Source: an uncultured bacterium
GTDB taxonomy: Bacteria > Chlamydiota > Chlamydiia > Chlamydiales > SM23-39
Direction: 5' to 3'
DNA: 64,000 nt
Assembly (NCBI GenBank): GCA_963716985.1
Contig: OY970323.1
Location: 1,472,001 to 1,536,000 of the forward strand
Below, piece after piece: positions 44,401 to 53,729 of the stretch. The translations under genes and the position numbers were made by a program. Within the stretch, counting starts at the first letter, position 1; each line of letters starts with the position of its first letter. The notes below the pieces were generated by a model. It was not told the origin of the DNA, ran no database searches, and worked only from the letters and a program-made list of their open reading frames with translations.

Positions 44401-47100
44401 ATCACGGGCCCTTCCGGCTGCGGAAAAAGCTCTTTGGCATTTGATACAATTTATGCCGAAGGGCAAAGACGCTACATCGAGGCGCTGCCTCTCTATATCA
44501 GACAATCTGTCAAACAGATGCAGAAGCCAAAAGTAGAAAAAATCGAAGGGCTCACCCCTTGTATCGCCATTGAACAGAAAAGCCATGGGATCAACCCAAG
44601 AAGCACGGCGGGAACATTAACGGAAACCTACGATCTTTTGCGCCTTCTCTTTGCCCATTTAGGGATCGCTTTTTGTCCCGAGACCAAAGAAAAGATCCAA
44701 ACAATCTCGAAAGAATTTGTCGCTAAAAAAATTCTCGCCTTCCCGCTAAAGACAAAGATCCAAATACTCGCCCCTTTAAAAATTTCTAGAGAAGAGAGTT
44801 TTGAAGAGTTTCAAGAACGTTTGAAAAAAGAGGGTTTTGTACGCGTTCGTTTGAACAAGACCTACTTTGAGCTCGACGACAAAATCCCCTACCAAAAAAA
44901 TCTCAAAAATGAACTCTTTCTCGTCATTGACCGACTCATCGTCCAGGAAAAAATCGAAGCAAGAGTTCTTGAAGCGCTCCAGATGGCCGTAAAGATTTCG
45001 GGAGGAACTCTTTTAATCGACCATGAGGGCGAAGACCTCTTTTTCAACCTCTCCTTTGCTGTGGAAAGCACGGGAAAATCCTATCCTTTAATCACCTCGC
45101 AAACCTTCTCTTTCAATTCTGAGCAGGGAATGTGCACGGAGTGTCAAGGCATCGGAACCATCTATGGGAGCATACTTGCCGCGTCCGAAGAATTCACAAG
45201 CCTTTCTCTCGATGAGATTTTCGCCACATTCTTTGATTTGCCGCCACTGGCGCAAAAACTTGCAAAAGAATATTTTTCCGCTTTTAAGATCGATCTTTTC
45301 ACTCCTTTGTCACAGCTTCCCTCTGAAAAAGTGCAGATCATTCTCAACGGATCTTTTGCGGATTATCCCTACAAAAAGCAGAACATTCAATTTCGCTGGC
45401 AAGGTCTTGAGGTCATACTGTCCCACATGGCCAAACATGGAAAGAAAATCTATCGAGAAGCGCTTGTGCCGCTTATGACGGAAAAAACATGTCCCGTCTG
45501 CGAGGGAGCTCGCCTGAACCCCTTGGCATGTAACGTCCTGATCGAAAATTTTTCCCTCCCCGATCTTTGTTCCCTTTCGATTCAAGAAACTCTTCTCTTT
45601 TTTCAAAAACTCTCCCTCCCAAAAGAGAAGGCCTACCTGCATGAAACCCTGCAACAGCTCATCTTGCATCTGGAATTTCTCTCTGACATTGGTCTTGACT
45701 ATCTTTCTTTGAACCGATCGGCCCCTTCCTTGAGCGGCGGAGAGCTGCAGCGCATCCATATTGCAAGACAGCTCTCTTCCGGCCTGACCTCTTGCACCTA
45801 CATTCTCGATGAACCGACCAGAGGCCTCCATCCGGCCGATAATAGCCTCCTTAATCAGGCGTTGAAAAAACTTAAAAACCTTGAAAACACCATCCTTCTT
45901 GTCGAACATGACCCTCTCACGGTTCAAGAAGCAGATCGAATCGTCGACCTTGGGCCCTATGCCGGAAAAGAGGGGGGAAAAATCATGGCGATCGGATCTT
46001 TAGAAGAAATCAAAAAAGATCCGCACTCTTTGACGGGCGCCTATCTTTCCGGAAGAAAAAAAATTCCTCTGCCAAAACAAAGAAGAAAGGCCACTTCCTT
46101 CATCGAAATCAAACGCGCCACCCTCCATAATCTGAAGAACATCTCCCTTTCCCTCCCCAAAGGAGTGATCACCTGCATCACCGGAGTTTCGGGCTGCGGA
46201 AAGTCCACGCTAATCGAAGACATCTTAAAAAAATCTGCGCTCGAATCTCTGCAAAAGAAAACCGACTCTCTCTCCTATGCTTATGCAGAGATTTCAGGCC
46301 TTTCTTCTTTCGACAGCGTGATTTCTCTCGATCAAACGTCGAGCCACCTTTCCGTCCGCTCCGACGTCGCCTCTTTTAGCGAAATACTCCCTCTCATCCG
46401 CTCCCACTATGCCTCATTAAAACTTGCTCAGGCCAAAGGATTAAAACCCGGCCATTTCAGTTATAACCATCCTCGAGGCGCTTGCAGGGCTTGTTTTGGA
46501 CTGGGGGTTAAAACCACCCATCTGCAATTTTTACCGCCCGTGCAAACCACTTGCGAGCTTTGCCATGGATATAAACTCAACCCCTTAAGCCTTGAAATAG
46601 AGTATCTCGGAAAACATTTGGGACAAGCGCTCGAAATGAGCGTTGCTACAGCGGCAGAATTTTTCTCAAAAATTCCCCGTATTTTTAAAAGAATCAACAT
46701 TCTTTTATCCACAGGACTTGGCTATCTAAAGCTCGGTCAAGAGCTCCCCTCCCTTTCCGGAGGAGAGGTCCAGCGATTGCGCCTGGCCCGCGAGCTCATG
46801 AAATCGACCAAAGGCAAAGCCCTTTATCTCTTTGACGAGCCGACCATCGGTCTTCACAGTGAAGATATTTTGCACCTCCTTCCCATCTTCCATCGGTTGG
46901 CCGACAAGGGCCATACGGTGATCATCATCGAACACAACCTGGATATGATTGCCCAGGCAGACTTTGTAATCGACCTTGGCCCCAAGGGCGGTCTTCATGG
47001 AGGAGAAGTCGTAGCCATCGGCACTCCGGAAGAGCTCGCACAAAGCCCAAATTCCAAAACGGGCCGATACTTAGCACCTCTCTTCTCCTTGCCAAAATAA
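41455..47100 (+). CDS. uvrA: Excinuclease ABC subunit A, chlamydial double-length form
   Basis: Four Walker A motifs and four LSGGE motifs; two UvrA units in 1881 aa. Confidence 0.96.
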   Translation: MSRQPIILKKVKVHNLKEVSLQLDSRKLIVFTGVSGSGKSSLAFDTIFVEGQRRYIESLSHHARRFLKEMNKPDAELISGLSPTLAIEQKGIQKNPRSTVGTITTIYDYLRVLYARIGTPHCPISGEVVMPQSREKILQKIEKNFWHKKIYLLCPLARKKKGSFQDEFADLIKRGFTRVRIDGSLADLTEKIELNKSFFHDIDLVIDRLYIEESSKSRFAESTFLALEMGGGSLSVLDIEKEEEVSFSEHAFSQKSQLSYGPLEPQNFSFNHPFGACTNCQGLGETYEFILEKIIDPNLSIAQDCCIIASPYQTVRFGNIYRNLGQLYDFDVHTPWKNLSEEAKKVFLYGTGKKWTRMIFIHPVTKKRWHQFVSWKGVVHEALLRFSEAKSELFRKRMQEFMGHGLCPSCKGSRLETYPSATTIGGKKIHEITALSLEEAKQFFENLFLDEEETIIAGDLIREIQKRIALLIDVGLSYLSLDRSSLSLSGGEAQRVKLSAQIGSGLIGTTYVLDEPSIGLHPADHHQLIQTLFTMRDKGNTILVVEHDRETIESADIIVDVGPLAGKNGGEILSCGSLQELIENPRSLTGAYLSGKKKFTPPKKRKKPPKEALCLYGASLHNLKNVNIRIPLQLFTCVTGVSGSGKSSLISDTLFPALANRLHQSHLPCGNFQKIEGLEQIEKVIFVDQSPIGKNIRSNPATYIKLFDEIRDLFSSLPSSQIHGFGAGHFSFNILEGSCPYCKGLGAVKIDMDFMEDVLSECIQCKGKRFEKEILSVEYKGKNIFDILEMEVDTALEFFEAIPGIRKKLSLLQEVGLGYLRLSQSSPTLSGGEAQRIKLAKELSRPSHGKTLYIFDEPTTGLHFYDMEKLLSIFQKLQEKGNTILVVEHNMELVQMADWIIEMGPGASRLGGSVIFEGNPEKLAQTDTPTGKALARLFQNKKFQKPPQEKPALPIENISIVHAQTNNLQQINLEIPHNKMTVITGPSGCGKSSLAFDTIYAEGQRRYIEALPLYIRQSVKQMQKPKVEKIEGLTPCIAIEQKSHGINPRSTAGTLTETYDLLRLLFAHLGIAFCPETKEKIQTISKEFVAKKILAFPLKTKIQILAPLKISREESFEEFQERLKKEGFVRVRLNKTYFELDDKIPYQKNLKNELFLVIDRLIVQEKIEARVLEALQMAVKISGGTLLIDHEGEDLFFNLSFAVESTGKSYPLITSQTFSFNSEQGMCTECQGIGTIYGSILAASEEFTSLSLDEIFATFFDLPPLAQKLAKEYFSAFKIDLFTPLSQLPSEKVQIILNGSFADYPYKKQNIQFRWQGLEVILSHMAKHGKKIYREALVPLMTEKTCPVCEGARLNPLACNVLIENFSLPDLCSLSIQETLLFFQKLSLPKEKAYLHETLQQLILHLEFLSDIGLDYLSLNRSAPSLSGGELQRIHIARQLSSGLTSCTYILDEPTRGLHPADNSLLNQALKKLKNLENTILLVEHDPLTVQEADRIVDLGPYAGKEGGKIMAIGSLEEIKKDPHSLTGAYLSGRKKIPLPKQRRKATSFIEIKRATLHNLKNISLSLPKGVITCITGVSGCGKSTLIEDILKKSALESLQKKTDSLSYAYAEISGLSSFDSVISLDQTSSHLSVRSDVASFSEILPLIRSHYASLKLAQAKGLKPGHFSYNHPRGACRACFGLGVKTTHLQFLPPVQTTCELCHGYKLNPLSLEIEYLGKHLGQALEMSVATAAEFFSKIPRIFKRINILLSTGLGYLKLGQELPSLSGGEVQRLRLARELMKSTKGKALYLFDEPTIGLHSEDILHLLPIFHRLADKGHTVIIIEHNLDMIAQADFVIDLGPKGGLHGGEVVAIGTPEELAQSPNSKTGRYLAPLFSLPK

Positions 47101-47136
47101 AAAATATTCTTACAATGGCAAAAAAGGAGTTTTTTT

Positions 47137-47451
47137 ATGACGCCTCCCCTGCCCCAAAAAAAAGCCCGGGCCTATTCCCTTGCTTTTATGCTTCTCATTC
47201 TCGCCATCATTACCTATTGGAATGTTTGGTGGCCGGGCGTACTTCTTGCCATCGGCCTTCCTTCCGCCTTAAAACAAGGCTTGATGAAGAAATACGCCGA
47301 TATGAGCGTTTCTCTCATCGTCTTCGTCGGAAGCTTCATCGCGGTGCAGTTTGGCATGGGCGGAAAAATCATTGCCGCCATCCTGCTGTTTTCCGGCTCT
47401 CTTTACGTTTTTATTAAAGAGCTGATGGCAGAAAAGAAAAAAGAGCTTTAA
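47137..47451 (+). CDS. Small membrane protein
   Basis: RBS AAGGAG; hydrophobic 104 aa with WWPG motif. Confidence 0.75.
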   Translation: MTPPLPQKKARAYSLAFMLLILAIITYWNVWWPGVLLAIGLPSALKQGLMKKYADMSVSLIVFVGSFIAVQFGMGGKIIAAILLFSGSLYVFIKELMAEKKKEL

Positions 47452-47492
47452 GACTTCCCAAAAAGAGAAGGTCGCAATCCCCCTCTCTTTTT

Positions 47493-48812
47493 TCATCCCA
47501 ACATGTTTTTCACCAAATGGTCTATGGCATGCACCAAATAGAATGGAACGGATAAAATTCGATTGTGAAAGGATAGGGGCATTTCAGAAATGCGAATGCC
47601 TAAAGGAGCTTTTTTGGCATCCAAAAAGCTTTGCAGCGAACAAAGCCTTCCCGTCGATCCTGCTTTCACTTCTATAGGGATCATTTGCGAATCTACAGTG
47701 ACTACAAAATCAACCTCAGCTTCCGATTTTTCCTTTTCCCAAAAAAGGAGTGAGCGATTTTGATAAGGTTTTGCATAAGCCAAAAGCTCTTGTCCGACAA
47801 ACTGTTCTGCCAAACTACCGGCATTGATTTGGTTGATATCTTTTTCCCAAATATCTTGCGCATCGATTTGGCTAGCCGTTTGTAAAAGGCCAACATCAAG
47901 AAAAAGAAGTTTAAAACGATTTTCTTTCATGTGCGCATGCAAAGGTATGCCGCTTGCCGTTGTGGCAAAAACTTGATGGATAATTCCTGCTTTTGTCAAA
48001 AGTTCAAGAGCAGGTTTTAGATCGCGGGATCTAGACTCTTTGTCAATTTGGACATATTTGACAATTTTTCCCACAAGCGCTGGCGCTTTTTGAAAAAGCA
48101 AATACAAATATTTATGCAGAACCTCTGCAGAATATTTTCCAAAATCACTCGAATAAGCTTGTAAAATCCTCTCGTGAACTTTTTGGCACTCTAAAAATGA
48201 TTCTTTCAATAAATAGCTTGCAATGGCATCCGGCATCCCTCCAATAAAGAAAAACCGTCTTACCCATTTGAGCATCTCTTCATGCTCGAGTGTTGAAAGG
48301 GGTTTTTCCATTGTTGCAGAAGAAATCCGTTCATAGGAAATAGGGGCGGTTGTTTGTAAAAACTCCATAAGAGAAAAAGGGCGCAAATAAAAAAATTCTA
48401 CCCTTCCTACAGGAAAAGAGTAACGCTCATCGTGAAGAAAAAACTCCATGAGCGATCCCGCAGCAATCACATGAAGTTGTGGCATCAATTCTTTAAAATA
48501 TCGCAGACTCGTCAAAGCTTCGGGACATTCTTGAATTTCATCAAGAAATAAAAGAGTTTTTCCCGGAACGATTTTTTTTTGTAGAGCCATCTCGATTTTT
48601 TGTGCTATTTCTTTGGCATCCGGAGTGACAAAACATTTTTTTAGATGTGGATATCTTTCAAAATCGATGATGAGAACTTCATCGAAAAAAGTTTTCCCAA
48701 AGGATTCGATGAGATAACTTTTCCCTACCTGACGAGCTCCTCTAAGAATAAGAGGCAAATGCTCTGGGCTCTTTTTCCAGGCGATGAGATCTTTTTCTAA
48801 AAATCGCTTCAT
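47493..48812 (-). CDS. AAA+ ATPase with DUF4143-type C-terminus
   Basis: GARQVGKS, LFLDEIQ, GGMP, EVDFV..IPIEVK. Confidence 0.9.
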   Translation of the reverse strand: MKRFLEKDLIAWKKSPEHLPLILRGARQVGKSYLIESFGKTFFDEVLIIDFERYPHLKKCFVTPDAKEIAQKIEMALQKKIVPGKTLLFLDEIQECPEALTSLRYFKELMPQLHVIAAGSLMEFFLHDERYSFPVGRVEFFYLRPFSLMEFLQTTAPISYERISSATMEKPLSTLEHEEMLKWVRRFFFIGGMPDAIASYLLKESFLECQKVHERILQAYSSDFGKYSAEVLHKYLYLLFQKAPALVGKIVKYVQIDKESRSRDLKPALELLTKAGIIHQVFATTASGIPLHAHMKENRFKLLFLDVGLLQTASQIDAQDIWEKDINQINAGSLAEQFVGQELLAYAKPYQNRSLLFWEKEKSEAEVDFVVTVDSQMIPIEVKAGSTGRLCSLQSFLDAKKAPLGIRISEMPLSFHNRILSVPFYLVHAIDHLVKNMLG

Positions 48813-49052
48813 GTCTTAAAATTACCATTTTTTGGCTATTTTAACTACCTATTTCAGCCAAATTTTGGCGAAAATAGGTATGCTTTTCAGCCAAATTTCA
48901 AGACATTAAAGAGATAGGTACCTTATATTTAGCATTTTGCGACGAAATGCAAAAAATTTTTATGATGACGAGCGAGAACACCACCAGCCTCGCGCCGGTG
49001 GATGAAAGCTCGCCATCTCACGAAATCTTCCGTTAAAAGTTCCTTTCTCTCT

Positions 49053-49724
49053 TTAAAAATGTTTTCCAAAACCCATCCCTGCCTTTAACCCACCCGCTTG
49101 GCTTGCGCAGTTTTCATTTCCATGAAGCGGAAGGTAGAGATAGTCAGCAAAAAAATCCAGATAAAGAGAATGGTAGAAAAACCATTGGAATTGGGATTTA
49201 AAAACCCCTCCCCATCGTCGGTAGCGCGTGTGCTTATTGGCAGATTCGCAAGAACTCTGATCGGCAACGTTTAAAAAATAATAGGTGGGCCCTAATCCTA
49301 AAGATAGTTTCAAACAGCGGTTCAGTCGAAATTGATACTTTAGGCCCATGCTCAGAGGAATCAAATGAATTTTCGAGTGGTGGTCTTGGTCGATCGCGCC
49401 TTTTTTGGGAAACCAGCTGATATTGGCCCAAAGATAAAAATTTCGGTGTAGTTTTTGTGCGCTTTCGATTTCATAATCAAGCCGCGCACCTCGATAAATT
49501 TTACGGAAAATAGGAGCGCGCGGATAAAAATAAGCGATACGCAATTCGGTCTCATTGCCAAAATCGCGAATGCGCTTTGAGGGCATTGAAGAGGAGGCCT
49601 TTTCACAAGAAGATTTTGATATAGCGCAAGCGTCCTTCGAATCATTAAAGGAGAAAAAGAGCAGCGCTATGCAGATATTGGCGATGAGAAAAAAGGGGCT
49701 CTTCCGGTTCGAATATTTTTTCAT
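49053..49724 (-). CDS. Putative outer-membrane beta-barrel protein
   Basis: Signal/anchor segment, alternating aromatic strands, terminal GFGKHF. Confidence 0.7.
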   Translation of the reverse strand: MKKYSNRKSPFFLIANICIALLFFSFNDSKDACAISKSSCEKASSSMPSKRIRDFGNETELRIAYFYPRAPIFRKIYRGARLDYEIESAQKLHRNFYLWANISWFPKKGAIDQDHHSKIHLIPLSMGLKYQFRLNRCLKLSLGLGPTYYFLNVADQSSCESANKHTRYRRWGGVFKSQFQWFFYHSLYLDFFADYLYLPLHGNENCASQAGGLKAGMGFGKHF

Positions 49725-49750
49725 TTTCTAGTTCCTTTTATTTTTTTAGA

Positions 49751-51709
49751 TCATATCGAAACTTTTGCAAAACCACTTGAAATAGTTCCTCCGCTACCTA
49801 TAGAAAAAAGATAGTATGTGTGATGTTTTTTTGGTTCGCAAATAGAGAAACACAAAGGGCCATCGGCGGCGATTTGTGCGACAAAATGAGTTCTTTCTTC
49901 ATCCTGATAAATCAGATAACCAACGGGCGGGATGCCGGACAAAGGGGGCGAAAAACAGATTTTATTATAAAAGCAATCTTGCGTTAAAAATTGTTTGCAA
50001 GTTTGTGAAATCTGGATATTTATGGGCGGTAAAAGAGAAGAAACGGTCAACTGCAACGATTGCATTGCTTGAGGACCGCCGTTGTTATAAGTCATTTGCC
50101 CAAAATAGGTTTGATTGAGCGATGTTCCTGCGCTATTGATAACGGTAAGCGTAACAGTGTAAGGTTGCGATCTTGGAACATATGTATGAGGAGCCGGCCG
50201 AGGAGATGTGGTTGTCAACAAAAGGCTTCCGTCGCCAAAATCCCAAATGTATTTGCTAACGGTTCCTGTCGGCGATAAAGAATCAGAAGCATCAAATTGA
50301 ACAGTTGTGTCATTCAAAAACGAAAAAGACATATAAGCGACGGGCGCCTGGTCGGGTGTGATGCCGGGATTTGTGATTTCGTTTCCAATCGTTTGGGAAG
50401 TTGTTTTTAGGGTGGTGGTGTCAAAAATGATGATCTTTTCCGGAGAAGATCCATTCCCCGCAAAACCTCGAAGACCATCCGGAGTGAGAGAAATGCCATT
50501 GACCAGTTTTGGCGTGGGAATATTTTCCGGCAGCAAAACGGGAGTCGGTCCTGTTAGGTCAATGCGAGAAATGTTTCCACTTTGAGTGTTTGTGACATAA
50601 GCGATGGTGGAATCGGGGGAGGGCAAAATTTGCGGAAAGAAATTTTCCTGGTTCAAGGCAAAACCTGCAAGAGAAACGGGAATTTCGGGGCCCGGAGGAA
50701 CCAAACGAGAGTAAAAAAGAGCTTTGCCGAGAGTATTGTCAAGCACCATGGCGCCAGAGTCATTTGTATTTTGAATGAAAAGATCTTCCCGAGAAAGCTT
50801 TGTGCTTGTATTTGTCGTGGTAAATGCGATCCAAGAAGGATTTTGAAGAGTCTGATCCGTATAATCCCCGATGACAGCCTTCTTAATCGGATCGATGACC
50901 GTGATCGATTTTGAACCAAAGTTGGTGGTGAAAGCCGTCAGCGTTTGAGCGTTGGGCAAAAAGGCAACAGCCACCGGATTTAGCCCACTTTTATATGTCG
51001 ACACATAGCGAGGATTTTCACGATCGGTGATGTCCAATTGAATAATACTGTTGGCTCTATAGTCGCTGATTAAGAGAATATGGCCATCTCCGGGAGAGAT
51101 CGCAAGAGCGATAGGATTTGTTGCCAGCTCTGCAAGTGAAAAGGAAATTGTAGAGTCTTCCGTATTCAAAGCAGTGTTCATAATGGAGAGAGTGCGGCTG
51201 GAGTAATTGACGCAAAATGCAAACTTCCCGTCAGGGGTGACGCTAACAGCCTCGCTTCCGCTGCCGGTGCTGATGGCGGCAATCTTTTCGTCAGTTTTTG
51301 CTTTGAATACATAGACATTACCCTTTCCTCCCCCATTAAAATCAGGAACGAAAGCAAGCCACTCATCTTGGTAAGTGAAGTAGTCGAAAGGATGGTTGGG
51401 CAAAGAGGTTTCATCAGCGGTAACGGTAACACAGACAGTTTCTGGAGAAGAGGGAGGAAGCGCGGTTGCTTTCACCGTGATGGAAGTATCGCCATTTACG
51501 ATAAAATCTTTTGAAGGAACGGAAAAACTTCCAAAATGCACATCCGTTGCTTTGAGAAATGCAGTTCCGGTGATTGTGATCTCAGGGCTCAGAGCTGTTC
51601 TTGAAGGACCAAACGCTTTTGGAGAGATTTTTGTAATGGTGGGCAGTGCCATGATCTGGGTAGATAAAAACAGGCTTGCACAAAAAAACAAAAGTTTCCA
51701 TTTTTCCAT
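49751..51709 (-). CDS. Secreted IPT/TIG + YVTN beta-propeller + PKD domain protein
   Basis: Signal peptide; PTITKISP..ITITGTAF; VSVTPDGK repeats; FDASDS..YIWDFGDG..YTVTLTV. Confidence 0.82.
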   Translation of the reverse strand: MEKWKLLFFCASLFLSTQIMALPTITKISPKAFGPSRTALSPEITITGTAFLKATDVHFGSFSVPSKDFIVNGDTSITVKATALPPSSPETVCVTVTADETSLPNHPFDYFTYQDEWLAFVPDFNGGGKGNVYVFKAKTDEKIAAISTGSGSEAVSVTPDGKFAFCVNYSSRTLSIMNTALNTEDSTISFSLAELATNPIALAISPGDGHILLISDYRANSIIQLDITDRENPRYVSTYKSGLNPVAVAFLPNAQTLTAFTTNFGSKSITVIDPIKKAVIGDYTDQTLQNPSWIAFTTTNTSTKLSREDLFIQNTNDSGAMVLDNTLGKALFYSRLVPPGPEIPVSLAGFALNQENFFPQILPSPDSTIAYVTNTQSGNISRIDLTGPTPVLLPENIPTPKLVNGISLTPDGLRGFAGNGSSPEKIIIFDTTTLKTTSQTIGNEITNPGITPDQAPVAYMSFSFLNDTTVQFDASDSLSPTGTVSKYIWDFGDGSLLLTTTSPRPAPHTYVPRSQPYTVTLTVINSAGTSLNQTYFGQMTYNNGGPQAMQSLQLTVSSLLPPINIQISQTCKQFLTQDCFYNKICFSPPLSGIPPVGYLIYQDEERTHFVAQIAADGPLCFSICEPKKHHTYYLFSIGSGGTISSGFAKVSI

Positions 51710-51920
51710 AAATACCCCGGGTAAAAGACGCTTCCTTAAAAGAACAAATTTTTTAGCATATTCGCAAAAATCTTATACAGAACAAATTTAAAGAAAAATA
51801 ATAATTTTAGAAAAAACTTACGGCCGACAACTTCTTCCGAAAAAAGTCGATCTCTCGCATCTTCCCTTATCTTCAAACTTTTTTCTCATCTTCACAAAGC
51901 CCCAAGCGAGCTCAGGATCT

Positions 51921-53141
51921 CTATCTCTTTCCAAAAATCGCAAGAGCATGAAAATCTGCCAATAATTGCAAAGCAATCAGAATCAGCCCGGTCAAAAAGA
52001 TCACTCCCAAAAGAAGGTTTCCTCCCCTTACCCGATAAGGCGACTCAATCTTTTTCTTTCTGAGACGAAAGACCATCCAAGCGGGCAACACTACATGGGA
52101 AAAGGCCACGCAAATCGCTGCTTTGCCAAGCGCTAAAATGAAACCCTTTGGATAGAAGAAAGCAAATAGAGCCGGAGGAACAAAGGTAAAAAAAGCAATC
52201 GATCCCCTTCCCGAAAGTCTTTTTTGCTTCTTAAAAAAATCAGCTAAAAAATTAAAAAGACCTAAACTGACCCCCAGAAAACAGGTGGTCACTGTGATGT
52301 TGGCAAAGCCGTGAATAGCACTTTCAATCCACTTGTTTTTCAAAAAGGAAGAAAACATGAGCACAAACTCTCCCACAGATCCTTTTTGCAAAGCGAGTTG
52401 CAAAAAACCATCCAGGGGCACAACGCCCATCGTGACTGCCAGCCAAAAAAGATAGAGGACCAGCGTCAAAAAACTACCCCAAAAAAGCACGAATTTTAAC
52501 TGCTTTTTTTCATAATGCAAATACTGGCCCAGCACAGGAATTAAAATGTGGTAGCCAAAAGCACAAAGAAAAATGGGAGCCGCCGCCCACAGATACTTGC
52601 TCGAATGATTGGAAAACGTTAACAGATGTACGTCCACTTTCTGCAAAGAAAGGCCAATGAACAAAATCAAAAGCAGTCCCTTCAAACTAAAGAAAAAGCG
52701 ATTTAAATAATCCACCGCTTGAATTCCATGAAAAACGACAAGCCCAAAGAGGGCGACAAAGAGCAAACTACAGGATTCGCTCGACAGATGGATCTGCATC
52801 TGTTGGAATAATTCATTCAATAAAGACCCTCCCGCAGAAACATACGCGGCAACTAAAGCATAGAGAAGAATCAGATAGCTCAGTACAGTTGCCACCTTTC
52901 CTGGATTTCCCAGCGTTAGAAATGCCATGGAAGAAAAATTGGTTTTGGAAAAGGGAAATGCTAAATTCACTTCTAAAAAAAGAAAACCCGTGATCAGCAT
53001 CAAAAGCCACATAAAGATAAGCAAACAGGAGGCAGCGAAAAAACTTACTCCCGCACTGACCAGAGGAATTGCTAATATCCCTCCTCCTATCAGTGTGCCC
53101 ATGAGAAGAAATACACTTCCGATCATTTTACCGAATTGCAT
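51921..53141 (-). CDS. Aromatic amino acid permease (TyrP/Mtr family)
   Basis: GTLIGGGILAIP, AFGYH, TTCFLGVSLGL; ~11 TM segments. Confidence 0.9.
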   Translation of the reverse strand: MQFGKMIGSVFLLMGTLIGGGILAIPLVSAGVSFFAASCLLIFMWLLMLITGFLFLEVNLAFPFSKTNFSSMAFLTLGNPGKVATVLSYLILLYALVAAYVSAGGSLLNELFQQMQIHLSSESCSLLFVALFGLVVFHGIQAVDYLNRFFFSLKGLLLILFIGLSLQKVDVHLLTFSNHSSKYLWAAAPIFLCAFGYHILIPVLGQYLHYEKKQLKFVLFWGSFLTLVLYLFWLAVTMGVVPLDGFLQLALQKGSVGEFVLMFSSFLKNKWIESAIHGFANITVTTCFLGVSLGLFNFLADFFKKQKRLSGRGSIAFFTFVPPALFAFFYPKGFILALGKAAICVAFSHVVLPAWMVFRLRKKKIESPYRVRGGNLLLGVIFLTGLILIALQLLADFHALAIFGKR

Positions 53142-53203
53142 AGAACCTCAGTTTTTTGTTTTTTCAACTTCAGATTAAAAATAGTAAATAAAAAATGATG
53201 GCT

Positions 53204-53338
53204 TCAAGGAGAGTACTGGCTCAAGCGCCAGTAATAATGAGAAAAACAAAGAGAACGGAACCTATGCCCACAAGAATGGGGCAGGTGTTCAACGAGATGG
53301 TGTGTAAATTCTAATGATTCAGAATGGATCATCAACAT
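53204..53338 (-). CDS. Possible leader peptide (44 aa) upstream of the permease
   Basis: MLMIHSESLEFTHHLVEHLPHSCGHRFRSLCFSHYYWRLSQYSP; YYWR overlaps hairpin TACTGGC/GCCAGTA. Confidence 0.35.
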   Translation of the reverse strand: MLMIHSESLEFTHHLVEHLPHSCGHRFRSLCFSHYYWRLSQYSP

Positions 53339-53404
53339 ATCTTACGACTTTTTGCAACTGCTTCTAAATAAGTTCACATGTGGGTCTCCTGTCCATGGTT
53401 ACAC

Positions 53405-53580
53405 AAACTTTCTTTAAACTTGCTCATCACTCTATACTGCGCACTCTTCTAAAACGGGATGATCGTCGGTCTTACGACAAACGATCTCACCAATGATGTT
53501 ATCGGTGATGATGCAGACCAAGCTCATAATCGGGCGTTTAGCACCAATGCATTTCCGGCCTTTAAAGTCGTTGAAAGTTT
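53405..53580 (-). ncRNA. Putative IS110 bridge/seek RNA (~176 nt)
   Basis: Closing stem AAACTTTC..CTTTAAA / TTTAAAGAAAGTTT, two internal hairpins, and guide-like CCCGA-TTATGAGC (target) and CCCGT-TTTAGAAG (own end). Confidence 0.7.
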
Positions 53581-53627
53581 GCTTGATTACCTGTAAGTTT
53601 TAGTTGATTTTTGTTTTTAGCAAGCTA

Positions 53628-53729
53628 CTAGTGCTCTGTCATAGTTAAAATTTAGGATTATAAGTTTGGCAACGGTCGGCATAAACTCAAGTCAATTTAT
53701 CCTAAAATTAAAGGGTGACAGAGCACTAG
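53628..53729. mobile_element. 98-bp CTAG MITE, third copy, in the 3' end of the IS110 recombinase gene
   Basis: Matches 6061-6162; CTAG at 53628 and 53726. Confidence 0.9.

Noticed and set aside
41455..47100. Double-length UvrA as a novelty
   Set aside because: Known chlamydial feature.
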